Source: Botryllus schlosseri
Lineage: Eukaryota
Assembly: GCA_051294905.1 (NCBI GenBank)
Contig: CM119372.1
Location: forward strand, 24,802,001 to 24,866,000
Length of the DNA: 64,000 nt
Direction: 5' to 3'
The notes under the pieces were generated by a model, which had not been told where the DNA came from, ran no database searches, and saw only the letters and a program-made list of their open reading frames with translations. Below, in pieces: positions 25,880 to 35,327 of this stretch; the stretch's first letter is position 1, and each line of letters opens with the position of its first letter. Both the position numbers and the translations under genes were made by a program.

Positions 25880-27204
25880 AAGTGGTTCTCAACCGGGGTC
25901 CGCGAAGCCTTTTCAGGGGGACCGCGAAGCCTATAAATTTACGAAATAGTTGATAACCTCATTTTTATTTTTTAATTATGAAAATCACGAGGCAGTTTCG
26001 CTTCATTACTAGTAGAACTCACATGAACAGAGAATGGCCGTCTGAGATGACATATCCTACTGTGCCAACTCATTTTAGTTACTAGATTGCCAATATCCTA
26101 CTGATACAAATATTTTGCTGTATAGAGGTGTTTTGTTAGGGATTGTGTAAAAATAAAAAGTTGGATTCCACAATCACGGTGACTTCGAACTGTTTATAAA
26201 AATCCATTTGCTACTGTGATATCCATAACTGTTTTCCATAATAGTTTCAAGATGAGCTGCTTGATGGAAATGTCTATGCCTGACGTTATATGTTCAATAA
26301 AAAAAAATGGTTTGTCAATTTCGATTCCATATCTGTTGCGATCGTACCCAAATGTGTCGCCTCAAGCGTTACACGTTATTATTACATTTGCCACCACCTC
26401 TGTTTGTGGAGACAGAATTTCAACACTCGTTTAAATCAAATCGAAGGCGCAGATTTTTAAGACACCACCAAGTATTTCAAAAAATTTAGCTGCAGAATTC
26501 GCTTTGAATAAATAAAAGTCTTCCCAATTACTTCTTAAATTTTAGGCTATGATGTTATTCTGAAGAACGAATAGTGGTCACTTCGTTACTGTTATTGTTT
26601 GTTTGTTTGTGTGGAGTATTCATGGCGTTTGTCGGCTACAATGATGGTCAATGGTCATTTGCACCAGGCCGTTTTTCCTGCAGTTTTGATTCCCTATCTG
26701 CCAACTTGTAGCACGGCTCACTTCCAGGCTTTTTGTAAGACACGGCTTACGGGGATGAGATGGAGAGGAGCAGCCTAGATAAACCTTCAACACTTAGGTT
26801 GGAATTCTAGTGTCGACCCCGGTCGAACTCGACCCGCAACTCATTTGTGCTGCAGTCGTGGATTATACCACTGCGCCATCTCGCCTGTTGCGGTTTATTA
26901 CTATCCTACAATTGTTATTTGCACAGGACAGAAAACGGCTGCCTGATAAAAGAGCTAAATTTGCAGTGACACTTTGGAGCAGTTGCAGAATTCGCTTTAA
27001 AATATTAAAAATTAACCTAATTTCTACATGAGTAGTGTGATTTATTTTCAAGAAAAGTCATTTTGTTACTGTAGCCTACAGTTATTATTTTCACTTGACA
27101 GATGACGATTGCACAATAAATTTGAACTAAAACTTCGGGGAGTCCGCGGGGGTCCGTGACAGTCCAAAAGGGGTCCGCGAAGACAAAAAGGTCGAGAACC
27201 ACTG
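25880..27204. mobile_element. Nested CAGTGGTTCTC-TIR element carrying a full SINE
   Basis: TSD GTATACAC (25872-25879, 27205-27212), identical in sequence and position to that in the 12771 copy. Confidence 0.9.
26596..26885 (-). mobile_element. tRNA-derived SINE, full length
   Basis: The - strand reads GGCGAGATGGCGCAGTGGTATAATCCACGACTGCAG...GCGGGTCGAGTTCGACC... and ends in a (CAAA)n tail. Same family as 25627-28363. Confidence 0.85.
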
Positions 27205-28844
27205 GTATACACTATACAGGAATGGTGTGGAACATAGGCCATGCATTGGGCCATCTGTAATGTGAGCTCTGGTGATTGCTGCTTGCTAGGGTCTGCAATA
27301 GATTCCTCTACGGGCCAGATGGATGAAATCATCTGGCGGGCCCTGTCTGGCCTGTCAGAATTGTGTTTTACAGCCCTGCTATACTGTCAGGTCGGTGTGG
27401 TTATCTGTTTATGTGTTTTAATCAGGTCCGAAACTACATTTTTTTCTCCCCCCTTCCGCCCAAAAAAGCACTGCTCTTTGGCCCACCATGTTGATGTAAC
27501 TTGTTGGGCACTTACTATATGCATTTGGCTGTTAAATTTTATGTATGAATTCTGTCAATAATATTGATTCTTCCATATATTAGGCTTCTATAAAATGCAC
27601 CAACAGGTTGCACATCTGGTGATTTCCAGCCTTTTATGGTCGCTACCTTATTTCCCACTTGCAAATGTTCCGTCGCAAAGCTCGAAACTTGATAAGCTGC
27701 ATGATTACTAAAAAAATTCAGCTTGCCCAAACTTACTCACGGCCAAGGAAGCTAATTACGATCGCAATCCCCAGATAAAGGCGAACGACCCCAGGACTTG
27801 GAACCACTGTCTGTGACTGAAGCATCCAATCGGTCTTAACCAACTCTAGGAATATACCGTTAGCTTATTATTGTGATTACGATCAGACTTATTTCAGTAA
27901 CTGATGGTTATTTATTTATATTTATTTTGATTACATTTTTGGCTAGGGTGGTGCCTGGTGCCTATACTAATATCATTATACGTTGCATTAACTCGCGCGC
28001 CGCGCGAAGAACAATTTTGAATAGCATATATCGGCTTGAAAATAATATTTTTTATGTTGATCTACGAAAAACTTTTGAGCCTGCTTCAAGCCTTCAAAAT
28101 TCCGGACATTTAGGCATATTTTAGAAATTCCTCCCGGACGCAGAATTTTCAGTGAAATTCCGGACATGTCCGGGAAATTCCGGACGTATGGCAACCCTAA
28201 TCTAGGCTCCTCCTCGCCATCTCATCCGTGCAAGCGGTGTCTTATAAAAAGCCTAGAAGTGGGCCGTGCTACAAGTCGGCAGTTACGGAATATAAATGAA
28301 GAATATAGCCTGGTGAAAAGGACCATAGTAGTCTACAAATACCATGAATACCACAAACAAACCAAACATATTTGCCACTCCATAACTACTGTGCGAGAGG
28401 CGCATCAAAATTTCTGGGATTTACTTGATTTTTATGAATATTTACTGTTGGTACTTCGTGAATACAGCCCCGAAATTCATCTGGCTATTGGGAGATTAAA
28501 CTATACTTCTACCTGACAAACTCAAAATAGCAAAAAGTAAGTAAGTAGATAACAAAATATTACGAAGTAGAAGTAGAGAAAATCAGATCTACTTGAGTAA
28601 GTACCAGAAGTAGAGGAAAACTACTTGAGTACTTCCAAAAAGTAGAAGTACTTCGTTACTGACCACCTCTGCTTAATATAGCCATGAATCAATATCACTC
28701 AAAGAGTGTCATTCAAAAAGATTCGATTTCGTTTAACATATTCCAATATATTCACGCTGTATGGAGGTCGATGTGGTGTTTTAGGCTACATCACAATTTT
28801 ATATAGTGGCATCAACTAATTGCTGAGAGGTGTCGACCCTCCAC

Positions 28845-29964
28845 ATTCATCATCATCATTGGTTTTTTAGCAATTTTATCAGTTCAATACACTACAAAAA
28901 TGCGATACAATGAAAAGATAGGAAAGTGTCGAAGCGACTTGGAGTAGTCTATGGAATCAGGCACCCACCTTGGCCTAGGCCAGTGGTTCCCAACCTTTTT
29001 CGACCCATCGCCCCCTTTTCAAGGTCAACACCGATCATCGCCCCCCAAATTTTGTGCACCGATAATTGGGCTAATCACCGGCGGGTTGACTGAAAAAAAA
29101 AAAAAAAAAGGTCATCTTTCTCCGCTCAGAGCTGAAAATAACGTTTTTTCGCTCCGCATTGCTAGGTGGATGACTAAAAAAAAAAAAAAAAAAAAAAAAA
29201 AAGGTCAGCCGTTTTTACGCGTCATCGCCCCCCTATCGCCCCCTTCGCTATTTTCGCCCCCCGTCGCCCCCTTTGTCCATTTTCGCCCCCCTGTCGCCCC
29301 CTTCGTCATTTTCGCCCCCCTAGATCGCCAAATCGCCCCCTGGGGGGCGATATCGCCCACGTTGGGAACCACTGGCCTAGGCGATGTAAAGAGGAGGCAT
29401 GCACACTGAATGAAAAGTAAAGAAGATAGTATAGAAAAAAGAAAGCGACAAACATGGGGTGGCATGTCATGGAAGGCGAGATCGATAGGTTGGTCGTAGT
29501 CCGGTTATCTTGAGGATGCACTAGTATTCATTTAGTAGAAATAGCTGGTATTTCGACTTGAATGTGAACATGCTCGTCGACTGTCGGATAGCCGGCGGGA
29601 TACTGTTCCACACATCAGGTCCGGCATATTTGATGGAACGATGATATTTTCGGTCGACCATATGATATTTGGACGACGTGGACGCGCGTGTTTTGTACTT
29701 GTGCGCTTTTGATTCCGAGGTAAAAAAGTTATTGAAATATTCGGGGCAACGATCGCAGTGGAACTGATACATAAACTTGGCGATTTCTAGTTTACGCATA
29801 ACTTCTATATTTAGGACACCGAATCTTTTCAGCAGCGACTTGTTGGATGGACAACCAGACCCCGATTGGGCTCTCGCTATGACACGGAGTACCTTATGTT
29901 GTAGTGTTTGCAGTGGCTCGAGTGCAGTTTTACTGGCAGCCCCCCAACAAATGATGCCACTCTG
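28845..29964 (-). mobile_element. 5'-truncated CR1/L2-group (Crack/Daphne-like) LINE: ORF2 C-terminus, 3' UTR and (ATG)n tail
   Basis: The - strand 29964-29521 reads GIICWGAASKTALEPLQTLQHKVLRVI...KLEIAKFMYQ...HKYKTR...SIKYAGPDVWNSIPPAIRQSTSMFTFKSKY, the typical post-RT C-terminus of this group. The tail appears as (CAT)n on the + strand. Confidence 0.88.
28981..29374. mobile_element. CAGTGGTTCCCAAC-TIR MITE with CGCCCC motifs, inserted in the LINE 3' UTR
   Basis: Perfect TIR and perfect TSD GCCTAGGC (28973-28980, 29375-29382). The empty site is visible in the second LINE copy at 31303-31310. Confidence 0.95.
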
Positions 29965-30344
29965 AGTCGGGGTACACCCTTACGTCCATTATATACATTA
30001 TTGAATCGCATGCCTTCATATGTTCTTCGGTCGAAGCTTATGTAGTATCACCGGATATGGCGATTATCGACAGAAATTACTCTCAGCAAAATTTCGCCTG
30101 CTGGTCTATCATTATAGTCAGATCATTGACAATATTGGAAATCTCGATCAACGGCCCCGTGGGATAGTATGTTAATCAGTTTTACATGTGAATATTCTCA
30201 AACAAACCTCAATTAGTCACGCTCAGAATCCATTTAGTTGGTCGGTCGACCGTTATTAATCTAGAACATGTTAACAGCCCGATAACAAATTTTCACAAGG
30301 AAAGAGAACCCTGGGAGGTTAGTCCTTAGCAATCAGAAGTTGTC

Positions 30345-33300
30345 ATGAGCAAAATCGGTCTACCGGACTTTCTTATTGATACGATCCTCGATTTACCAAG
30401 AAATCCCGAAGAAAAATCAAGGATAACTTACAAAGACAAGTTCTCGTCAGAAGGTTTCGATGGGAAGGCGAAAAATGAAGCCCCTACTCAATCACGATCT
30501 TTCTGTTCTAAAAATACAAGCGGATCTCTTTTCGGTAAGACGTAACTTATCTCTTACAGGCATTGATGTAGAGCAGGGGTGGCCAACCTTTTTGACCAAT
30601 GGGCCCCTTTCGGATGTGCAAACCATTGCACTTGAGTAGTCTACTGATGACCTTTTGATTAAAGATATAGATTAGGTAACAGGAAACACAGGACTTATCT
30701 TACTAACGCACCAAAATCGCTGACATTATTGTCAATGTGCATTCACCTTCTCACCGCGCGATGCACGGGTATATTTCAAAATTAACGAGTGAAGTCGGTA
30801 AATAATATCAGTATACTTGCATATATTCCATTTATTGCGGGTCACATTCGTACCGCGCCTGGCTCAGATTGCAATGACAGGAGTATTCGGCTGCGGGCTA
30901 CACACCACTATAGACTGAAGTATCTCAACGGCGCAAGTGATGCTGGGCATATTCCGTTCTCTAATATTCGCAAATACATCTAGGCTCAATTCTGCATGTT
31001 AGACGTACCTTTCAATTTTTCGGGAGGGTTGGTAAAGTGGAGGTTGGGGAAGGTTGGTAAATTTGTGAATTCATACAATGCTACAGTGTAGCTGTTTCTG
31101 TTTGTTGTATGCAACTGGTCAGCGAAAGATTGTAAATAATTCATTTGAGAATACCGATAAACAGTTGGTTATCATCATCATCATCATTGGTTTATTAGCA
31201 ATTTTATCAGTTCAATACACCACAAAAAAATGCGATACAATGAAAAGACAGGAAGGTGTCGAAGCGACAAGGAGCAGTCTATGGAATCTGACACCCACCT
31301 TGGCCTAGGCGATGTAAAGAGGAGGCATGCACACTGAATGAAAGTAAAGAAGATAGTATAGAAAAAGAAAGCGACAATAAATAGGGCGGCATGTCATGGG
31401 AGACATCAGTTGGCCAAGGTATCTTCATACACATGTAGGCCTATTCGTTTCGACACCATCCTACTTATCCTGGGTTGATCTATAGTAAGACTAGTCCGAC
31501 TCAAATCCTGCTTCTTCAAAATGGAATGCGGCTCCGACCCGACTCCAGCCAAAAATAATAATAAAAATCCTGTCAATTTTCACTCCGGCTCTGACAAAAT
31601 CATGCACACTACTTCCTCGTTCTCCGGGCGTATAAAAAAAAAGTACGTAGCCGGCTCCGATTCGTATCTAATTTTATCAGCAAATCTAACAATCCTGCTC
31701 CGGTCGAAAATACGGTATAATTTGATGACTTACTGAGAAAATCTTTATAGGAAATCAAGAAAAGGACGATCATAAAATAAAGCGTGTAAATTCGAAATAT
31801 TCAATCTGGATTCTTGGTAACTTCGAAAAAAAAATATATCTATCAATCTTGTTACACATTAGTTATGCACACAATCACGTTTTCCAACAGCACAATAATG
31901 ACAATCTGATATTATTGCGTTTTAGAGAAGTACGGTATGCTTTGTCGCCAAAGTATTGTACAATTACATGCTAGTTACATAACACGGAAGAGTGTAGTGT
32001 TTGACGTACGCTGTAATTTGCTATGGTTTGACCTTAGCGTCGGGGGTCACGTGACGTCAGAGGTTCTTATTCACGTTCGTATTCACACGAACCGTGCAAG
32101 ACCTTTCAAGGGTGTGAACCATTCCCAGTCTGCGTATTTCAGTGAAAACTAGTGCAAAACATCAAATGATTTATCATTAATGTTATAAGTATTTTAACGG
32201 TGCTTGCCGCTGAAGAGCATTATTGGCCCATATGTTCAGAAATTGGTTTACCTATTCAGTCGAATCGCAGCTATACAATTACAAGTGATCATTTATTTCA
32301 TATGTCAATACATGACAGTAAAGCAGAAACGGACTGTAAAAACATTAGAAGAAACGTCAAATTGCCAGCCTGCTCGCAATTCGCACAGTCGTCAACTTCC
32401 AGCTTGGTTATTCTGCACCAGGTATTCAGACCGACCGTGCTCTGGTGAGTTATTCATTAAGTGGCTTATCTGTCATATAACAAGACGAGCATTTCTACAC
32501 CCTAATTTGCAATTTTTAGACAAACATTGTGCATAGGCAATACAACTAATCTATCCACTAATCGAATTCGCAAATAGCCTTCTTTTCGTGTCGTTCTGAG
32601 CAGACTTGGACAACTAGAAAATTTTCATCTTTTCCGAATTAGATTAGACTTAGAATTAGAGCTACATAGCTTTTTCCAAATTAGATTAGAATTAGAATTA
32701 TATCCACGCAAGTTTTTCCAAATTATATTAGAATTAGAGCTATATAGCTTTTTTCAAATTAGATTAGGATTAGAATTAGAGCTACATAGTTTTTTCCAAA
32801 TTAGATTAGAATTAGAATTATATCAACACAAGTTTTTCCAAATTAGATTAGAATTAGAGCTACACAGCTTTTTTCAAATTAGATTAGGATTAGAATTAGA
32901 GCTGCATCGTTTTTTTCAAATTAGATTGGAATTAGAATTCTATCTGCACAAGTTTTTCCGAATTAGATTAGAATTAGAATTAGAGCTGCACAGTGCACAT
33001 ATCTTTCCAAATTAGATTGGAATAAGAATTAGAATTACTGAATCGCACTCACTTGGAAATTGAATGAAATTGTGAATGAGAAATAAATGCAGCAAAACTC
33101 AGTTCAAATCACAGTGCATTCCCATAACCTTGAGAATGGTTAACGTCTGTACACCAAGCGTGGCTCGTTTTGTACTATACCAGGGTCACCACAATCGCGG
33201 CCGGCGATCTGATTTGTGATTTAGGAAGAACGCGAAGTAAAGCATTTTGAAATGCTAAAATTGATCTCAGTTTCAAGATAAGCTATCCGCCTGGGCCCAA

Positions 33301-35327
33301 CAACACTATTCCCCACTATAGGTGAAAAGGCTTCGGCGATGGCAACAGCATTGCATCGATGGAGAGTCAGCTGATATCACTATAAGCCTATTGCCTTGGC
33401 ATGCGATGGCCCAGACACTGCCAAGACCGAGACGCTTGGAAAACGGCATAAGATCAATCGTTAGGATGACATGTCTGGCTAACATGTCTGGCTAGCCTAG
33501 GTTTACCATATTTGGGAATCGGGAAAAAAGGAAACTTTTTCAAAATTTTCAAACTTAGAATATCGGAGGAAAATCTTGAAAAAATGCTAGATTTTTCCCA
33601 CTTCGTTGTCGGTTGACTAAAAAAAGGTCAACTTTCTCGCTGAGCTCCCGAAATACAGTTTTTCTTTCACATTATCAGTTGGTTGACTAAAAAAAGGTCA
33701 ACTTTCCGGCTCAGCTCCTGACATAGCCGCCGGAGCGTTACGTTAGTGCTGATTTACTGTATCTCAGTCGCATTTCGCCCTATATTTAACCGAAATTCTC
33801 AAAAAAGAGGACAAAATCTCAAAAAAGGACGACATTTAGGCGTCCTCGGAGGACATTTTTAAAAACCTGAAAAAGGAGGACCAATCCTCGTAAAGGAGGA
33901 CGTATGGTTACTCTTAGCCCCAATATCGATTCATTATAGTCGCAGGAAATCGTCGTCAGCTATCGTGTGCAGCTCATTATAGTTCAAAATAAAATGACGT
34001 TTATGATCGTGATATTTCTTGTTGTAGGCCTATTTGTACTAGCTATAGTATATTAAATATTACTTCTTTTGTGGTAACCATGCCCATCGCCCATGGTATG
34101 GAGTACGGTGTTGTACTAACGTAAAGTTTTAAAAACTAGGATGTTGTTCGCAGTCTACAAGCTACTATGCTAGCAGGCTAGCCTATTATTCGTCACAATA
34201 TCTACTATGACTGTACAGTGTACTGTACAGTGTACAGTACAGTGTACGGTGTAGGCCTATGTAAGGCGATTGCGGCTTGGCACTGGATTTCCCTTCGCGA
34301 AATGGATATTCTTGTTAACTCGCTGCAAAATGCCGCGGTAAAAGAATCGTTTTCAGGAAAACAATAAATCAGATTAGAATTAAAATTAGAGCATATAGGA
34401 ACATTTCACAAATTAGATTAGAATTAGAATTAGAGCATGGAAATATTTCATAAATTCGAATAAAATGAGATTACTGGCATTTTGTACTCATTTAGTGAAA
34501 TTAGACAACTAGAATTTTCTAGTGGTTCAAGTCTGGTTCGAGGTCATAATTCATGAAAGGTAGTCTTTGGTGATACTCAAGCGAGGAAGTAGGCCTACAT
34601 ATAGAAGGAACGTCACTCAATGCGGAAAGCTACTTTTAAAGTACCCTAGCCATGCAAAACGTCGCAGTCGATGTATTACTTTATACTGGGACAAGGCGTC
34701 GCAAACTTTGGATGCGCAATCGCTGGTGAATGCTTTGTAATGTAAGAAAGAAACATCTTGGAATGAGTTGAATCTCACGTAGAACAATAATTTTACTCTC
34801 ATAAAATCAAAGCAAATCCACCGCGGCAGCAATTTTAACGAGTCATTGTATCGGATGAATTCACGTGTATGAAACTATAATAGATAAATATTTCCAGTTC
34901 TATTTCTATATAGGTCCCCGTTCGCGAAAGAAAAGGGACCCACGTCAAAAGTCAAGTGTTGGAAAACGGGAGAGAATTGTTTTTTCAGAAGAACAAACCA
35001 GAATACTAGAGCAGGGTTTTACTCAGTGTTGTTACTTATCAGAAGCTCGCAGAAAGGACCTCAGCGAAGATCTCAAGCTTACGGAATCTCAAGTTAAAGG
35101 TGGGGTATGGCTTAATGAGTAGACATATAGGAACATATAAATACATCCTACACACGGGGCCTACGATATCGTAGGCCCCGTTACACCACTATGGTACTTA
35201 AATGACTCCCTCCATATTACATGCAGTCTGGTTTCAAAACAAAAGAGCGAAGCTCAAAAAGGAAAGAAATGGAATGAATTGTTTGGCCGCCCACTTAAAG
35301 GCTCAAGGATTGTACAACCATGCATGA
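30345..35327 (+). CDS. en: Engrailed-family homeobox protein, 200 aa; join(30345-30534, 32319-32444, 34914-35099, 35227-35327)
   Basis: All introns are GT-AG and phase 1, giving 603 nt in total. EH1-like [10 protein letters not shown]2/3 [22 protein letters not shown] with the intron in the Gly codon, as in other en genes; homeodomain ending [14 protein letters not shown]5 [16 protein letters not shown]. Confidence 0.93.
31170..31403 (-). mobile_element. LINE 3' UTR fragment in engrailed intron 1 (same family as 28845-29964)
   Basis: Near-identical to 28845-28980 plus 29383-29478, with a (CAT)n tail on the + strand. Confidence 0.9.
32630..33040. repeat. Tandem array of roughly ten 36-43 bp units (AAATTAGATTAGAATTAGA...), subterminal to the TTAGAA MITE
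   Basis: Directly visible units with recurring GCTACATAG and ATATCCACGCAAG variants. A shorter array lies at 34370-34445. Confidence 0.9.
33498..33915. mobile_element. TAGG(G)TTACCA/GAGGAC-motif MITE nested in the TTAGAA element
   Basis: Degenerate inverted termini TAGGTTTACCATA / TATGGTTACTCT. Homologous to the 15729 element. Confidence 0.7.

Larger units (their letters stand above)
25745..28199. mobile_element. Family A composite non-autonomous hAT-like element (second full copy)
   Basis: TIR TAGGGTTGCCATA / TATGGCAACCCTA with a perfect TSD ATCTAGGC (25737-25744, 28200-28207). Highly similar to and co-oriented with 12771-14925. Confidence 0.93.
25627..28363 (+). mobile_element. tRNA-derived SINE (about 280 bp), split by the 25745-28199 insertion
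   Basis: A-box-like AGCGTAGTGG (25639-25648), CTGCAG loop and B-box GGTTCAAGTCC (25682-25692). The body resumes at 28208 and ends in a CAAA tail. A 14-bp TSD AAACATATTTGTCA/AAACATATTTGCCA lies at 25613-25626 and 28364-28377. Confidence 0.85.
22721..28671. mobile_element. Family B (AGTAGA-motif) MITE acting as host of a multi-level nest
   Basis: TIR CAGAGG(TGGTCA) / TGACCACCTCTG with TSD CTTAATGT/CTTAATAT (22713-22720, 28672-28679). The left TIR is split by the 22727-24221 insertion and resumes at 24224-24235. Confidence 0.85.
32601..34535. mobile_element. TTAGAA-motif MITE in engrailed intron 2 with an internal tandem array
   Basis: TIR CAGACTTGGACAACTAGAAAATT / AATTTTCTAGTGGTTCAAGTCTG; flanks GTTCTGAG / GTTCGAG (1-nt indel). 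Confidence 0.8.

Noticed and set aside
28951..29409. 152-aa ORF with poly-Lys and Pro-rich segments
   Set aside because: It is a translation of a MITE's poly-A tracts and CGCCCC repeats.
32630..33040. Regular repeat array that could be mistaken for CRISPR
   Set aside because: The 'spacers' are short and recur, there are no cas genes, the context is a eukaryotic intron, and the array lies inside a TIR-bounded MITE.
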